Shown here in pieces: positions 37,880-51,663 of a stretch of DNA of 64,000 nt. How positions within the stretch are numbered: position 1 is the stretch's first letter; every line of letters begins with the position of its first letter. A program made the translations under genes and the position numbers. The notes beneath the pieces were generated by a model, which had not been told where the DNA came from, searched no databases, and saw nothing but the letters and a program-made list of their open reading frames with translations. This stretch comes from Octopus vulgaris (Eukaryota). The stretch spans positions 61,380,001 to 61,444,000 of the forward strand of contig OX597831.1 in the NCBI GenBank assembly GCA_951406725.2, given 5' to 3'.

Positions 37880-38218
37880 CTCCATTCAGTATGGCTCCTT
37901 ATGAGAGCTCAAAATCTCTCATGGAAGCATCATCCAACCAAAGTACAAATATATGGGAAACTACCACCTGTATCATCTCTTGTGATAGGTAGAAGAGTCC
38001 AGTTTGCTGGACATTGTTGTAGAGCTGTTGTAGAGCTGAAAATGAGGTAATTTCTACTCTTCCCCTCTGGAAGCCATCTGCTCGTGATACCAGAGGGCAC
38101 ACACTCTCCTACCCTGATGTAATCTCCAGGGATACAGGGATCCAGCAACAGCAAAAGTCTGGTGTAACATAGTAAATTCCATTGTCTCGACCATGGTCGA
38201 ACAATGATGATGATGATA
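37880..38218 (+). mobile_element. LINE 3' fragment with (GAT)n tail
   Basis: LSWKHHPTKVQIYGKLPPVSSLV..RRVQFAGHCCRA resembles an RTE-type post-RT region; ends in GATGATGAT. Confidence 0.65.
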
Positions 38219-39699
38219 GCAACCATTCACTATCATTGTACATCTTTCTCCTCCCACTCTCACATCAACCACATCATCTCCCAACTTTCTGATCTATAAA
38301 TAGGTTTATGATATTGATGCATTCCACCCTTCATGCATTTCTGCTTCTCACCTCTGTCTTCCTGAGCAACTTCTTTCTCTTTTACCTCTCTCCCTCTATA
38401 TTGATATTCATCATCAATCACACCTTTACCCTTGCTTATCGTTCATTACATTCACCTTTTCCTCTATCTCTAACCATCTGTAACTCTCTTCTTATACTCT
38501 TATGAACTTACCCATTCTCCCCTCCTCAAGTCTCATGTCCATATTTTCTCATACTTATGTTCTTGTACCTTGAGAATATAATCTGGTAGTTTATCGCCAA
38601 CATATTTATTTCCTCTATAGCATGACACCTGTGTTTGTCTCTCATAGCTTTGCCTATCAATACCAAATATAAAGCCACCCACCCTCAAGTACTCCAACTC
38701 AGGGGTGCTTTTTTCTTTTCCTTTGTCTTGCAAGTTATTTGGTGACCTCATTGCTGCTGGTGTCACAAAAAAAAACAAGAGACAGCAACCCAGTACACAC
38801 TATTAAGAGGTTGGCATTAGGAAGGGCATCCAGCCATAGAAACCATGCCAGCTGAGCATGGATATTGATGCAGTCCTGTAGTTCATCAGCTTCTGTTAAA
38901 CTATCAAATCCATGCCAGCATGAAAAATGGAAGTTAAATGATGACGAGGCTGATAATAATGACGATTATCCTATCTTTTTCCTTCTAACACACCAAGATG
39001 TGGATTAAGCAAGATTATGCTGCTATTACTAGGAGCTCAAGTGATCCCATAAAGCATGCATGGGCAGTCTTTTCCATGAAGCAGGCCACATGAGACATGA
39101 TTCATCCTTTGGTAGGTTGCATTACTAATGAATTGAAGGTAACTTTTCATTAAATATGCAATTCAGAAAGACCCGCTGATTGCACATTGTCCATAGAGGA
39201 TGCACTCATTGTCTTTTGAAATGAATATCAATCAAAGCTTGATATATTCAGTTGATAACCTCTCTCAAAATGTTTGGCCTTGTACCTATCATTGGGTTCA
39301 TGACTACTTATGAAAGAATAATATATTAAATATGAATTCTTCGACTGTATTCTATCAAGGTTTGTTCCTGATGCAACTTAACAAATTGTTGGCAATAAAC
39401 ATAGAATATAGGAAATAATAGTAGAATCGTTAAGAGAATGACAATGAAGGAACATAAAAATGGCAAGCTAACATTTTGAAGAGATTTCAGAAAATAATTA
39501 TAATATGTATATATTTATGCTGATGTACACTTACATACATATACATGCAGAGACACATACACGTGTAGTATTCACATATACATACACACGTACACATTCA
39601 TGCACACACACACACACACACACAGAGTTCTAAACTTTCATCTGAATATATGTAGACTTAGTCATATGAATATCCTTCAATATATAAAAGCATATGTGT

Positions 39700-39859
39700 A
39701 TGCGTTTGTGTGTATATATACATATATATATACATATATATATACACACATATATAAACACACATATATATATATACAAACATACATATATATATATGTA
39801 TTATGTACATGTGTGTGTCTGTCCTTGTATGTATGTATGTATGTATGTATGTATGTATG

Positions 39860-39905
<46 letters not shown>

Positions 39906-40368
39906 CATATGTATATTTCATAAATTTTTATTCTGTGAGTTTTTACTTATTTTCCTTTGCTATTGTTATGATAGTCATTTTTCTAATGTTTTTTTTTTTT
40001 CTTTTTCTTGTGTGTGTTGTTTGCTGCCTCTGTATTTCCCTTATTATATTCTATGTAGGAATTCAAACATTTAGCAGCATAAATTGTTTTTCTCTTAGTT
40101 CATTTATATTTATTGCTAATCTTTATATTTTTTCTGTAGATTATATGACAATTGTATTGATGTATGTTCTTGCCTTTTCATTTGCATATTTTTATTTCGT
40201 TTTTCGCTTTTCCTTTTTGATATTATCGTTGGTTTGTTTATTTCATCTTATACTTTGAACAAATAGTTTTCAAACGACTGAGATTTTAATAATAATAAGA
40301 ACATCAATGATAATAATGCGATATCCATAATAAGATAATAATAATAATAATAATAATAATGATAATAA

Positions 40369-40409
<41 letters not shown>

Positions 40410-40517
40410 ACATCTATAAAATACAAGTAGTTGGAGGAGTGGTAGTAATGCACAGCATACGAATGTGTGCACATATGTATTTCTCTGTATGAATGGTATA
40501 TGAATATATATGTCAAT

Positions 40518-40548
<31 letters not shown>

Positions 40549-40676
40549 GATATATCTATACATAGATATATTATATATATACATAATATATGTATATGTT
40601 AATATAAATGCATGTAAATATACATATATATACATACGTTTATATATGTGTGCGTGTTTTTATATATATACATACC

Positions 40677-40743
<67 letters not shown>

Positions 40744-40744
40744 C

Positions 40745-40803
<59 letters not shown>

Positions 40804-40860
40804 CACACACATGTATGTATATGTTTATACATGTATGTATGTATGTATGTAAGTATGTAT
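39700..40860. repeat. Compound microsatellite region: (TA)n, (TATG)n, (TAA)n(TAG)n
   Basis: Several simple arrays separated by short unique AT-rich DNA. Confidence 0.85.
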
Positions 40861-41482
40861 AAATATACAATAATATATAATGACAGTGATAGGAGCAACT
40901 ACAATAAATGAAAAGACAAAAGACAAATTAAACTTATAGCTTAAATACAATACTAAGATTTTTTCTGTGGAAAATTTTTCAAATTATATGACTTTTATTA
41001 TTATTAGTATTATTATTATAATTATTATTATAACTACTTCATTTTTTTTTTCAAACTATTAGATAATCTCAAGAAAAAGAAACCAATTTTGACAGTCGTT
41101 TGATTGATTCCTTTGGAAGATATGTCTATCCTCTTTGATCAAAAGGGATACGTTGTAGTTTATGTAAGTAAAAAAAGATCACCAACACTGCTTTTTGATA
41201 CTTACTGTTCATAAAGTTAAATATAAACGGATATGAAAACAGAGAGAAACTTTTCTAAGTAGATTGTGTTTTTCTGTGTACATTAAAGTATGTAAAATTT
41301 ATAATATTGCTGCCGTGTATATATACACTGCTATAGAAAGTAAACAAGGTTGAAACTTTTCAAAATATTTCAGTCAGTGCAGTCAAAAAGGATTATTGAA
41401 AAATAAAAAACTAACAAAAATTACAAAATAAAATAAAAACACAGAAGATATCAGTAACAATAAAATGATAATTTTTATTATT

Positions 41483-41544
<62 letters not shown>

Positions 41545-42769
41545 TGATGATGATAATAATAATTTTATTGGTTTTTTACATGAAACAAATATTTCATTTG
41601 CCTACTTTGGCTGATATCTTTGTTAAGAATTTGAACTTATTGATAAGAATTTGAACTTGGAAGAAAGTTTGCTTAAGGTTTAGGCTGCTACTGCTACTAC
41701 TATAGCTGCTGTTGCTTCTATTTTGGTGGCTGCTGTGGTTTCTTTGTTTTGAGCTTATTGTAAATGAAGAAAACAGAACTATCTTAGAAAAGTATGAATT
41801 ACTGTTTAGATATTCTATTTACTAATTAATATACGAAGAAAAATATACAAAAATATAACCAGGGAATATTTGAAATTTTAATGAAACATTATTATTGTCA
41901 AGCTTTCAGTATTAAATGTGTTTTATTATTTACACAGTTTTTTGATTTCAAATCGTTCTAGAATCAACTTTGCTTTCCTTTAAGGTCAATGAAACAAAGT
42001 ACCAATCAAGTACTAGACTTATAATCAACTACTTTCATTACTCAAATTTAAGGCCAAGTTCCTCTGTAAGAAATCCTTGCCTTGGTCCCTCAAGTCTTGA
42101 TGAAGCTGTTGATAATAGTAATGACATATGTTTTAGGTGGAGCCACAAAACTAGATGGTTCCCAAGCCTCTATAGAACTGGTCACAACCAATTTTTTTCA
42201 GGAAATAAGACAACAATCGACCCCCAGTATGGGCACAGTACTTTATTTATCCACATTGAAAAGATGAAAAGTAAAGTTTCCCTTGACATGGTTTGAATTC
42301 AGAGTGCATCAAGCCAGAAAGGAAACTGTAAGGTATTCTGTCCAATATTCTAACAACTCTATCAATTAGCTGCATATAAGATATGACTACAATAATAATG
42401 ACTAGAAGACAAATGGTACATTTGAAGGCAATGGCATTAATATAGTACCTAATGCGACTGCCTTCAAATACCATAGGATCTGATTTGTTATTCTCTATAT
42501 TCATCACTTTAAAACATTTTTTTCAAAACTTAAGCAAGGAGAAATATTCTTCATATAGATATTACTGAAACAACTTTCATTCTGAACTATTGGGCTACAA
42601 CCTCTATCCGCCCACTGGTTTCACCAGATCTTGTCACATTTACAGTTGTCACATCTCAGACTTTACATGAAGCATTTTGATTCAGCCTTTCCTCTGAGAA
42701 CTGCAACTTTGACCTTCCAGAACATCCCTTATCACTCCTGTTTTACTTGCAGATATTGAACTGGTGACG

Positions 42770-42993
42770 TTTAACTTTGTATCGGCCAAAATAATCTGGC
42801 CAAAACAATCTAAATGTTTTATCTTTGAACTGGTGAGACATGACCTCTCACACTTACCTTACAATATTATTCCACAAATAAACAATTGTGTCACTGAAAT
42901 ATCAATGCTACAAGGTAAAGCATGACTAATTAAAATTAAGGTGAATAAATAAACATTGCACTTGACAGAGAAATTTGAATGCTAAAGGGCTAA
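42770..42993. mobile_element. Old piggyBac-like MITE family (relative at about 57540-57762)
   Basis: End GAATGCTAAAGGGCTAA; internal similarity to the reverse complement of 57540-57762. Confidence 0.5.
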
Positions 42994-43255
42994 ACAGAGC
43001 ATCTATCTTCCTTGCATTATCAAGTTTGCAGTGAGGGTCAGGGGCACTGCCCTTCTTCACTAGATTTATTTAATTAAAAATGAAAAGAAAACTGGGAGAT
43101 ATTAATAGGATGATGTTCAATTTGAATAGTTATCTCTGTACTACTGCTTATTGGTTCTTATTTATAAAAGTTGAAGAGTAATGCTTCCAGACATTGTTGT
43201 AAAAAAGATGTTATTAGAGGAGAGGAGAGGGGAGGAGAGGGATAGTTTCAATATT

Positions 43256-43488
43256 TTATTTCTTTATTGCCCACAAGTGGCTAAACATAGAGAGGACAAA
43301 CAAGGACAGACAAAGGGATTAAGTTGATTACATCGACCCCAATGTGTAACTGGTACTTAATTTATTGACCCCGAAAGGATGAAAGGCAAAGTCGACCTTG
43401 GCGGAATTTGAACTCAGAACGTAGTGGCAGACAAAATACCGCTAAGCATTTCACCCAGCGTGCTAATGTTTCTGCCAACTCGCTGCCT
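43256..43488 (-). mobile_element. SINE family B monomer
   Basis: Collinear with other family B copies. Confidence 0.85.
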
Positions 43489-43685
43489 TTATGTTTCGAT
43501 AGTTTCAATTTTTTGGCACAAAACCAGCACTTTTAGAGGGAGAAGTTAGTCAATTGCATCAATCCCTGTACTTCACTGGTACTTTGTTCTTTATACAAAC
43601 TCCAGAGCCGATGAAAGACTAAGCAAGATTTCAAAATGTATAGAGTTGAAAGAACAACTACAAAGCATTTAGTCTGATGCTTTAA

Positions 43686-43905
43686 CCCTTCTGTTACTGC
43701 ATCTCTGTTGAGATGCTCTGTATTTCTTTCATTTAGTTTAAATATAACAAAGAATCTAGTAAAATAACTTAGTTATCATTCAGCTAGTGTTAGGAACATA
43801 AATTGTGACTAAGGTTTGGTGGAAGATTTTAATTCAGAACTTATGAAAACAAGACATTTGTACTCAGAGCCAGAGCCAGTTTAAACCGGGCTGGTAATGA
43901 AAGAG
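43686..43905. mobile_element. piggyBac-like MITE
   Basis: TTAA flanks; reverse complement of the 19779 element. Confidence 0.8.
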
Positions 43906-44186
43906 TTAATGATCCAGCATTGTCGTTATAAATATATCATTATGGTTTTCTGTAAGATGATATTTCTGTTGTCTCTTCATTTAATGATGTACTATTTAAT
44001 GTTACTCAAATATTTCTATCCTTGGTTTTCAGCTAAACATTTAAAATTTTTTGTTACTATTTGATTTGTGTGGAATCATAAATTCTTTATGCAGGGGTCA
44101 TATTTGGAAAATACTTCTCCGAAAGTAATTTTTGTCTAACACATTCCATACTCTGGAGAACATGTTCATATATGTATATGCATGTA

Positions 44187-45064
44187 TGAGGGAATACCCA
44201 AAAGAAACTGGAATTATGCAATATTATTTTATTCACTTAGTTTTACATGTTTACACTTTCATCGTCTTCAAAATATTCTCCATTTGAAGCAATGCGGTGA
44301 TCCAGATGTGTTTTCCACTGTTAGATGCAATACTCAAACTCTTGTGAAGTGATGCCTTTTAACACCTCATGGATATATTTTTCACCTCTTCCACATCTGA
44401 AAATTCCATTGCACCATCTCTCATCACCAGTGATGACCTTCAAAAAAAGGTCCCAGTCAACTTCCAACTGTTCTTTCAGTTCATAATACGCATACAGTTA
44501 TGACTACTTTTGATGTTCCATGAGCAAGTGAAGCACAAATTTTGCTGCAACTCTTTTCATTCAAAATTCATCACTCATAATTCATTGGCAGAAGCTCCAG
44601 GACACACCAGTCATATCAACAAGTTTTTCAATTATTTAGTGGTGGTCCTACAAGATCATGAATTTTCATAATGTTTTAATTTATTCAGGAGGTCGACAAT
44701 TGCCTTGAACGAGACTGGTCCCCAAGAGACAAGTGACTATTCTGAAAGTGTGAAAACCACTCATGGCAGAGGACTTGTAGGCTGTTTGAAGCATGAAAAA
44801 TTTTCGCCACCATTTCCCTAGCAGAAAACATAATTTCATGGAAGTGTAATGTTCCTTCATTTCAGACATCACAAGAATCGATAATCAGGTGATAAGCACT
44901 GCAAAACAAAGGTGTACCACAAGGTAGTATGACTCCACTGGGCAGCACTAGTCGGCAGACTGATGCCTGAGAATCGCATCAAGTGACTTCTAGTGGAAGA
45001 AGCCTGAACCACAATTGGCTTGTCCAAAACAGAACATTTCTGGTTACTTTTGGATACACCCTCA
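44187..45064 (-). mobile_element. Degenerate mariner transposon
   Basis: TIRs TGAGGGAATACCCAAAAGAAACTGGAA / TTCTGGTTACTTTTGGATACACCCTCA with TA flanks; minus-strand remnants of the N-terminal HTH and VITGDE motif. Confidence 0.8.
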
Positions 45065-45216
45065 TATGTATGTATGTATGTATGTATGCAAGCATGTATG
45101 TATGTATGTACGTATGTATGCATGCATGTATGTATGTATGTATGTATGCATGTATGTATTCATGTATGCATGCATGTATGTATGTAAGTATGTATGTATG
45201 TATATATGTAAGTATG

Positions 45217-45247
<31 letters not shown>

Positions 45248-45360
45248 GTATGTATGTATATATGTAAGTATGTATGTATGCATGCATGTATGTATGTATG
45301 TATGTATGTATGCATGTATGTATGCATGTATGCATGCATGTATGTATGTAAGTATGTATG

Positions 45361-45392
<32 letters not shown>

Positions 45393-45564
45393 CATGTATG
45401 TATGTATGTATATATGTAAGTATGTATGTATGTATGTATGTATGTATGTATGTATGTATGTATGTAGGCATGTATGTATGTATGTATGTATGTATGTATG
45501 TATGTATGTATGTATGTATGTATGTATGTATTTATGTATGTATGTATGTATGTATGTATGTATG

Positions 45565-45594
<30 letters not shown>
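45065..45594. repeat. About 530-bp degenerate (TATG)n array
   Basis: TATG with TAAG/TGCA variants. Confidence 0.95.
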
Positions 45595-45595
<1 letters not shown>

Positions 45596-45899
45596 GGTAA
45601 GGTAAAATCCAAGCTGTGTTCTCTTGAAGCACAACTACTTGTTCTACTTTTGCAATCCAAATCGAAGTTGATGTAGATGTTGTACTGATGTGAGGTACAT
45701 ATCAGAGCTCAAAATTCTGGAAATACAGTGGAGACTTATTATACAGCAAAACAGGAATCTGGAAATATTTTTGGTATTATTTATTTACCATTACACATAT
45801 TTTATTTCCTCATACAAATCACAAAGTGGTTCATGTTCGATAAACATATCAGAAATTTCTTATTAAAAGTTCTTCAGAAAGAGAGTTAAATATTAAAAG

Positions 45900-46051
45900 G
45901 TATTTATTTACTTTGTTTACATTTGACGGATATTTGTCTTCATCTTGTTTGTTGTTAACACAACGTTTCAGCTGATATACCCTCCAGCCTTCTTCAGGTG
46001 TCTTGGGGAAATTTCGAACCTGGGTTCTCATTCCTAAGGTATTTTTTCGAT
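45900..46051 (-). mobile_element. Penelope-like terminal-repeat fragment containing a minimal hammerhead (45957-46002)
   Basis: GACAC-CTGAAGA-A-GGCTG..CAGCT-GAAAC-GTT-GTGTT on the minus strand; inverted partner at 46748. Confidence 0.65.
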
Positions 46052-46054
46052 ATA

Positions 46055-46221
46055 GGCGCAGGAGTGGCTGTGTGGTAAGTAGCTTGCTTACCAACCACAT
46101 AGTTCCAGGTTCAGTCCCACTATATGGCACCTTGGACAAGTGTCTTCTACTGTAGCCTCAGGCTGACCAAAGCTTTGTGAGTGGATTTGGTAGACAGAAA
46201 CTGAAAGAAGATCGTCATGCA

Positions 46222-46278
<57 letters not shown>

Positions 46279-46676
46279 GTATATATGTGTGTGTATATGT
46301 TTGTGTGTCTGTATTTGTCCCCACAACATCGCTTGACAACCGATGCTGGTGTGTTTATGACTCCATATCTTAGCAGTTCAGCCTAAGAGACTGATATAAT
46401 TCAAACATTTAGCAGCATAAATTGTTTTTCTCTTAGTTCATTTATATTTATTGCTAATCTTTATATTTTTTCTGTAGATTATATGACAATTGTATTGATG
46501 TATGTACTTGCCTTTTCATTTGCATATTTTTATTTCGTTTTTGGCTTTTCCTTTTTGATATTACCGTTTATTACTAGGCTTACAAAGAATAAGTCCTGGA
46601 GTCAATTTGCTCGACTGAAGGCAGTGCCCTAGCATGGCTACAGTCAAATGACTGAAACAAGTAAAAGAAAAAAGAG

Positions 46677-46678
<2 letters not shown>
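46055..46678 (+). mobile_element. SINE family A copy interrupted by a 171-bp insertion
   Basis: Consensus GAGAC(C/T)GATAGAATAAGTACTAGG is split by 46398-46568. Confidence 0.85.
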
Positions 46679-46736
<58 letters not shown>

Positions 46737-46747
46737 GATAATAACAA

Positions 46748-46925
46748 CAACAACATCAAAAAATACTTTGGAAATGAGAACCCAGGTTCAAAATTTCCCA
46801 AGACACCTGATTAAGGCTGGAGAGTATATCAGCCGAAACATGTTAACAAGAAACAAGATGAGGACATCAATTGTAAATAATGTAAATAATTTACATAATT
46901 CCTCATCTCTTAAATATAGAACTGA
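46748..46925 (+). mobile_element. Penelope-like terminal-repeat fragment with mutated hammerhead
   Basis: GACAC-CTGATTA-A-GGCTG..CAGCC-GAAAC; inverted homologue of 45900-46051. Confidence 0.6.
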
Positions 46926-47227
46926 ATAATAGGTATTATTTGATTCTTCGTCTGAAGAATTTCTAATAAAAAATTTATATATATATATATATATATATGC
47001 TGTTCAATATTCTATGTAATACCCACCTAGGAGTTTTGAAAAGCATGTGACAGTACAGCAGCAAAGTATATTGTAAAGAGGGTGGGTGCATGAGGGTCTC
47101 CTTGCTTTGCTCCATTTTTCCACAGCAAAATATTCAGAAAGCCTACCACCAAAATTAACTCTAACTTTCATATCTTAATGCAAAGCTCTGATCATTTTTC
47201 TGGGCAGCCTATTTTCCTTAGAATTAG

Positions 47228-47600
47228 CTACAGAACATTTTGATAAGCGGTATCAAATACCTTGCTTAAATCAACAAAGCAGCAGTTTAGGGCAAATGGT
47301 GAGGTTGCAGAGAGAAACACAATCAGTGTAAACCTAAAAGGAGATTTAAGGATGGCTATAAGGACTACCATGAAGTCACTTAGAATGGATCCAAATGTCT
47401 TAGAAACCCTTGCTTCAGAATGAGCTGGATGGCAATCAAAAGTGTGAAGTGGAATGACAGCTTTTGAGGAGACCAGGATGGCACATGCAAGACTCAAGAG
47501 AAATTTAAAGAAGAATGTTGCAATCAAGAAGGTGAATCTCAGTGACCTTTTTGTGAATGGTTAGTGACAGACCATGACATGTCTGTGACAGACTATGCAT
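47228..47600 (+). mobile_element. Decayed RTE-BovB-like LINE fragment
   Basis: Collinear similarity with 740-1040 (KQQFRANGE..KPKRRFKD..LETLASE*AGW). Confidence 0.55.
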
Positions 47601-48781
47601 TTCACCCATCGATTAACAAGGTCATTTATGCCTCTTCAACAAAAATCCAAACGTACTGATGCAAAAAAGTCCTTTAATTTGGTTTCGGCCTTGGTTTTGG
47701 AATGAAAGATTTTTTTCCCTTAAAAAGGTGTTTAGTTGCTTGAGAAAGTGGTAGTCAGTGGGTGAAAGATCAAGAGAATATAGAGGATGTGGTAAAGTTG
47801 TTGTTTGTTCCTTCTTGAGCCATGCCTGGCTCATAAGGGCCAGTTTCCCGGTTTCCTTGGTGTATAGGTTCCCCACCTGGATGGAACGCTGGTCCATCAC
47901 AGGTGAGCTGCAAGATGCAGGAGGGAAGAGTGATGAGAGAAAGTTGTGGCGAAAGAGTCATCAGAAGTTTCACTATTACCACATGGAACTTAGGTGTTTC
48001 GCTCATAAACACACACATCGTCTGGTCTGAGATTCGAACCCACAATCCCTTGACCGCAAGTCCACTTCTCTAACCACTAGGCCGTGTGCCTCCACTCAAG
48101 ATTGAACCTTTGTTAAAGAGGTTTGTGTGTTGCTGTGTCCATGTCTTTACCCACAAGACCATTGAGACAACAGCAAAGTCTTGTATCCCAAGTCTGTGAG
48201 CTTCTGCAGCGTTGTCCTGTAAACATGTATTTGAGTGTTGTATTGGAGCAGAACTGGATCACATCAATAATGCAGGTCTCAAGTGCTGGTGACATTTTGC
48301 TCAAGCGAACATGCATTTCTTCCAGCTGCTTGCAGTAAGCTTCCCATGTAATGCTCCGGTTAGGTTCAAGAATACTGTATTGTTTTCCAAACCTGATCAT
48401 CAAGGGTGGATGGCTGTCCTCTACCTTCTTGATCTTCAAGGCTCTCATCCTCACTACAGAATCTCTCAAACCACCAGCATACCATCTGATCACTAGTGGA
48501 CCCTTCACCCAATGCTATGTTGATATTGGCAGCTGTTTGGAAAGTACTATGCCAAAGCTTGAATTCATGCAAAAAAAAAAAGTAAAGACATATCTTTTTT
48601 TTTTTTTTTCATGTTTGAAATTAAGGATTTCTACACTTCAAAATTATATTCTGAAAGAAATCAATAAAACTTTATTAAAGAGTACACATCGATTATTAAG
48701 CATGTAAAATTTCATCTAAATCATTACTAAAATAACATCTTGAATCAAATTTGAGAAAATGTTTTCATAAAATCGGACAGT
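47600..48781 (-). mobile_element. Mariner relic (Hsmar1/cecropia-like) interrupted by a SINE
   Basis: LPHPLYSLDLSPTDYHFLKQL and WFERFCSEDESLEDQEGRGQPS motifs; terminus near 48781. Confidence 0.8.
47797..48095 (-). mobile_element. tRNA-derived SINE nested in mariner
   Basis: Reverse complement of 6705-7016. Confidence 0.85.
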
Positions 48782-49358
48782 ACACACACATACACACAAA
48801 TAAATAAATAAATAAATTAATAAATAAATAAATAAACTTCCAAACCTATCTTCTCCAAAGTATGGAATGAATTTGACAAAAAAATTACTTTCAGAGAAGT
48901 ATTTTCCAAGGACGACCTCTGCATAAAGAATTTATGAATGCACACAAATCAAATACTAAAACAGAAAAAAATTAAAATGCTAACAGAAAACCAAGGATAG
49001 AAATATTTGAGTAACATTAAATAGTACATTATTAAATGAAGAGACAACAGAAATGTCATCTTACAGAAAGCCATAATGATATATTTATAATGACAATGCA
49101 GGATCATTAAAGCATCAGAATAAATGCTATGTGACAATTCTTCCAATTCAAAGAAGTGGCTGTGTGGTAAGAAGTTTGCTTCCAAGCCATATGGTTTCAG
49201 GTTAAGTTCTACTGTGTGACACCTTAGACAAGTGTCTTCTACTAAAGCCTCAGGCTGACCAAAGCCTAGTGAGTGGATCTGGTAGACGAAGACTGAAAGA
49301 AATCTGTTGTAAGTATATATATATATACTTACGAAGACTGAAAGTAGTCTGTTGTAAG

Positions 49359-49390
<32 letters not shown>

Positions 49391-49769
49391 TATGAATTAG
49401 AAAAAAAAAACCAACTCTTATCAATTCAATAATGAAAAATTAAATTACATATTAATCTTTCTATTAATTTTCTAGAGGGTATAATTTAATTTTTCATTAT
49501 GGAATTGATAAGAAGTGGGTTTTTTTTTCTACTTCATATATATATATATATATTATATTTTGGGAAATTTGATTTACTATTTCTAAATTGGATTTTTCCC
49601 TGTAAGTTTCGAATAATATTCCCTCATATATATATATATATATATATTCAACAATATTAAGGAATTGTTGAATTTATATATATATAGTCTGTGACTACTT
49701 CTCTTTCTCACTAGGCCACTGGTGGCGAAAAATTTTTTTTGAATTTTTTTGCTACCCTTATATTGATTA

Positions 49770-49807
<38 letters not shown>

Positions 49808-49809
<2 letters not shown>

Positions 49810-50152
49810 TCTCTCTCTTTTACTCTTTTACTTGTTTCAGTCATTTGACTCGGCATGCTGGAGCACCACCTTTTAGTACTTATTCTATCGGTCTCTTTTT
49901 GCCGAACCGCTAAGTGACGGGGACCTAAACACACCAGCATCGGTTGTCAAGCAATGCTAGGGGACACACACAAACACACAAACACACGCATACATATATA
50001 TATACATATATACGACAGGCTTCTTTCAGTTTCCGTCTACCAAATCCACTCACAAGGCATTGGTCGGCCCGGGGCTATAGCAGAAGACACTTGCCCAAGA
50101 TGCCACGCAGTGGGACTGAACCCGCAACCGTGTGGTTGGTTAGCAAGCTACT
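49808..50152 (-). mobile_element. SINE family A copy
   Basis: Family A modules with a small internal deletion. Confidence 0.85.
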
Positions 50153-50452
50153 AACGTCTACTTTCCATGCAAACATGAACTGGATGATTTGACTGAGGAC
50201 TGGTGAACCAGATGGCTGCACCAGGCTTCAATCTGATCTGGCAGAGTTTCTACAGCTGAATGCCCTTCCTTATGCCAAACACTCCGAGAGTGTAGTGGGT
50301 GCTTTTACATGCCACTGGCACAAGGACCAGTCTGGCAGTACTGGCAATGGCCATGCACAAGAGCCAGTCCAGCGGCACTGACAACGACCTCACTCGAATG
50401 TTTTCTCACATACCACTGGCACAAGTGCCAGTAAGGCGACGCTGGTAATGAT
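50153..50452 (-). mobile_element. SINE-like family D copy
   Basis: Similar to the 5040 copy. Confidence 0.8.
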
Positions 50453-50453
50453 C

Positions 50454-50486
<33 letters not shown>

Positions 50487-50529
50487 TATAATTCTTTTAT
50501 AATCATATATCATATAACATATATATTAT

Positions 50530-50915
50530 TCTTTTATGCTTTTACTTGTTTCAGTCATTTGACTGTGGCCATACTGGAGCACCACCTTGAAGGGTTTTAA
50601 TTGAACAAATTAATCCCTGGACTTATTTTTTTAAAGCCTAGTACTTATTCTATTGGTCTCTTACACTGAACTGTTAAGTTACACCAACACCAGTTGTCAA
50701 GTGGTGATGGGGTGGGGGACAAAAAACAGACACAAAGACACACACATATAGACACACACATATATACAATGGGCTTCTTTCAGTTTCCAACTACCAAATT
50801 CACTCACAGGGCTTTGGTTGGCCTGAGGTTATAGTAGAAGACACTTTCCCAAGGTGCCACACAGTGGGACTGAACTTGGAACCATGTGGTTGGAAAGCAA
50901 GCTTCTTATCACACA
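50530..50915 (-). mobile_element. SINE family A copy (older subfamily)
   Basis: Family A modules with the CACCTTGAAGGGTTTT variant. Confidence 0.8.
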
Positions 50916-51111
50916 AATACATATATCTTTGCATTTGATCCCTTCTTGACAACTGATGTTTGTATGTTTACATCCCCATAACTTAGCAGTTCAACAAAAG
51001 GGAACCAATAAAATAAGTACCAGGCTTAAGAAGTAATAAAATTTCTGGGGTATATTCATTCAACTAAAATTCCACAAGGCAGCAGCCAAGCATGGCTGCA
51101 GTCTGATGACA

Positions 51112-51502
51112 GAGTGGTAAGTAACTTGCTTACCAACCACATGGTCCTGGGTTCATTCCCACTGCATGGCACCTTGGGCAAGTGTCTTCTACTATAGCCT
51201 CGGGCCGACCAAAGCCTTGTGAGTGGATTTGGCAGACGGAAACTGAAAGAAGCCCGTCGTATAAATGTATATATATATATGTATGTGTGTGTATATGTTT
51301 GTGTGTCTGTGTTTGTCCCCCCAACATTGCTTGACAACCGATGCTGGTGTGTTTACATCCCCGTAACTTAGCGGTTCAGCAAAGGAGACCAATAGAATAA
51401 GTACTAGGGTTACAAAGAATAAGTCCTGGGGTCGATTTGCTCGACTAAAGACGGTGCTCCAGCATGGCCACAGTCAAATGACAGCAACAACTAAAAGAGA
51501 GT
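51112..51502 (+). mobile_element. SINE family A copy
   Basis: Family A modules. Confidence 0.85.
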
Positions 51503-51521
51503 AAATGATACATACATACAA

Positions 51522-51663
<142 letters not shown>

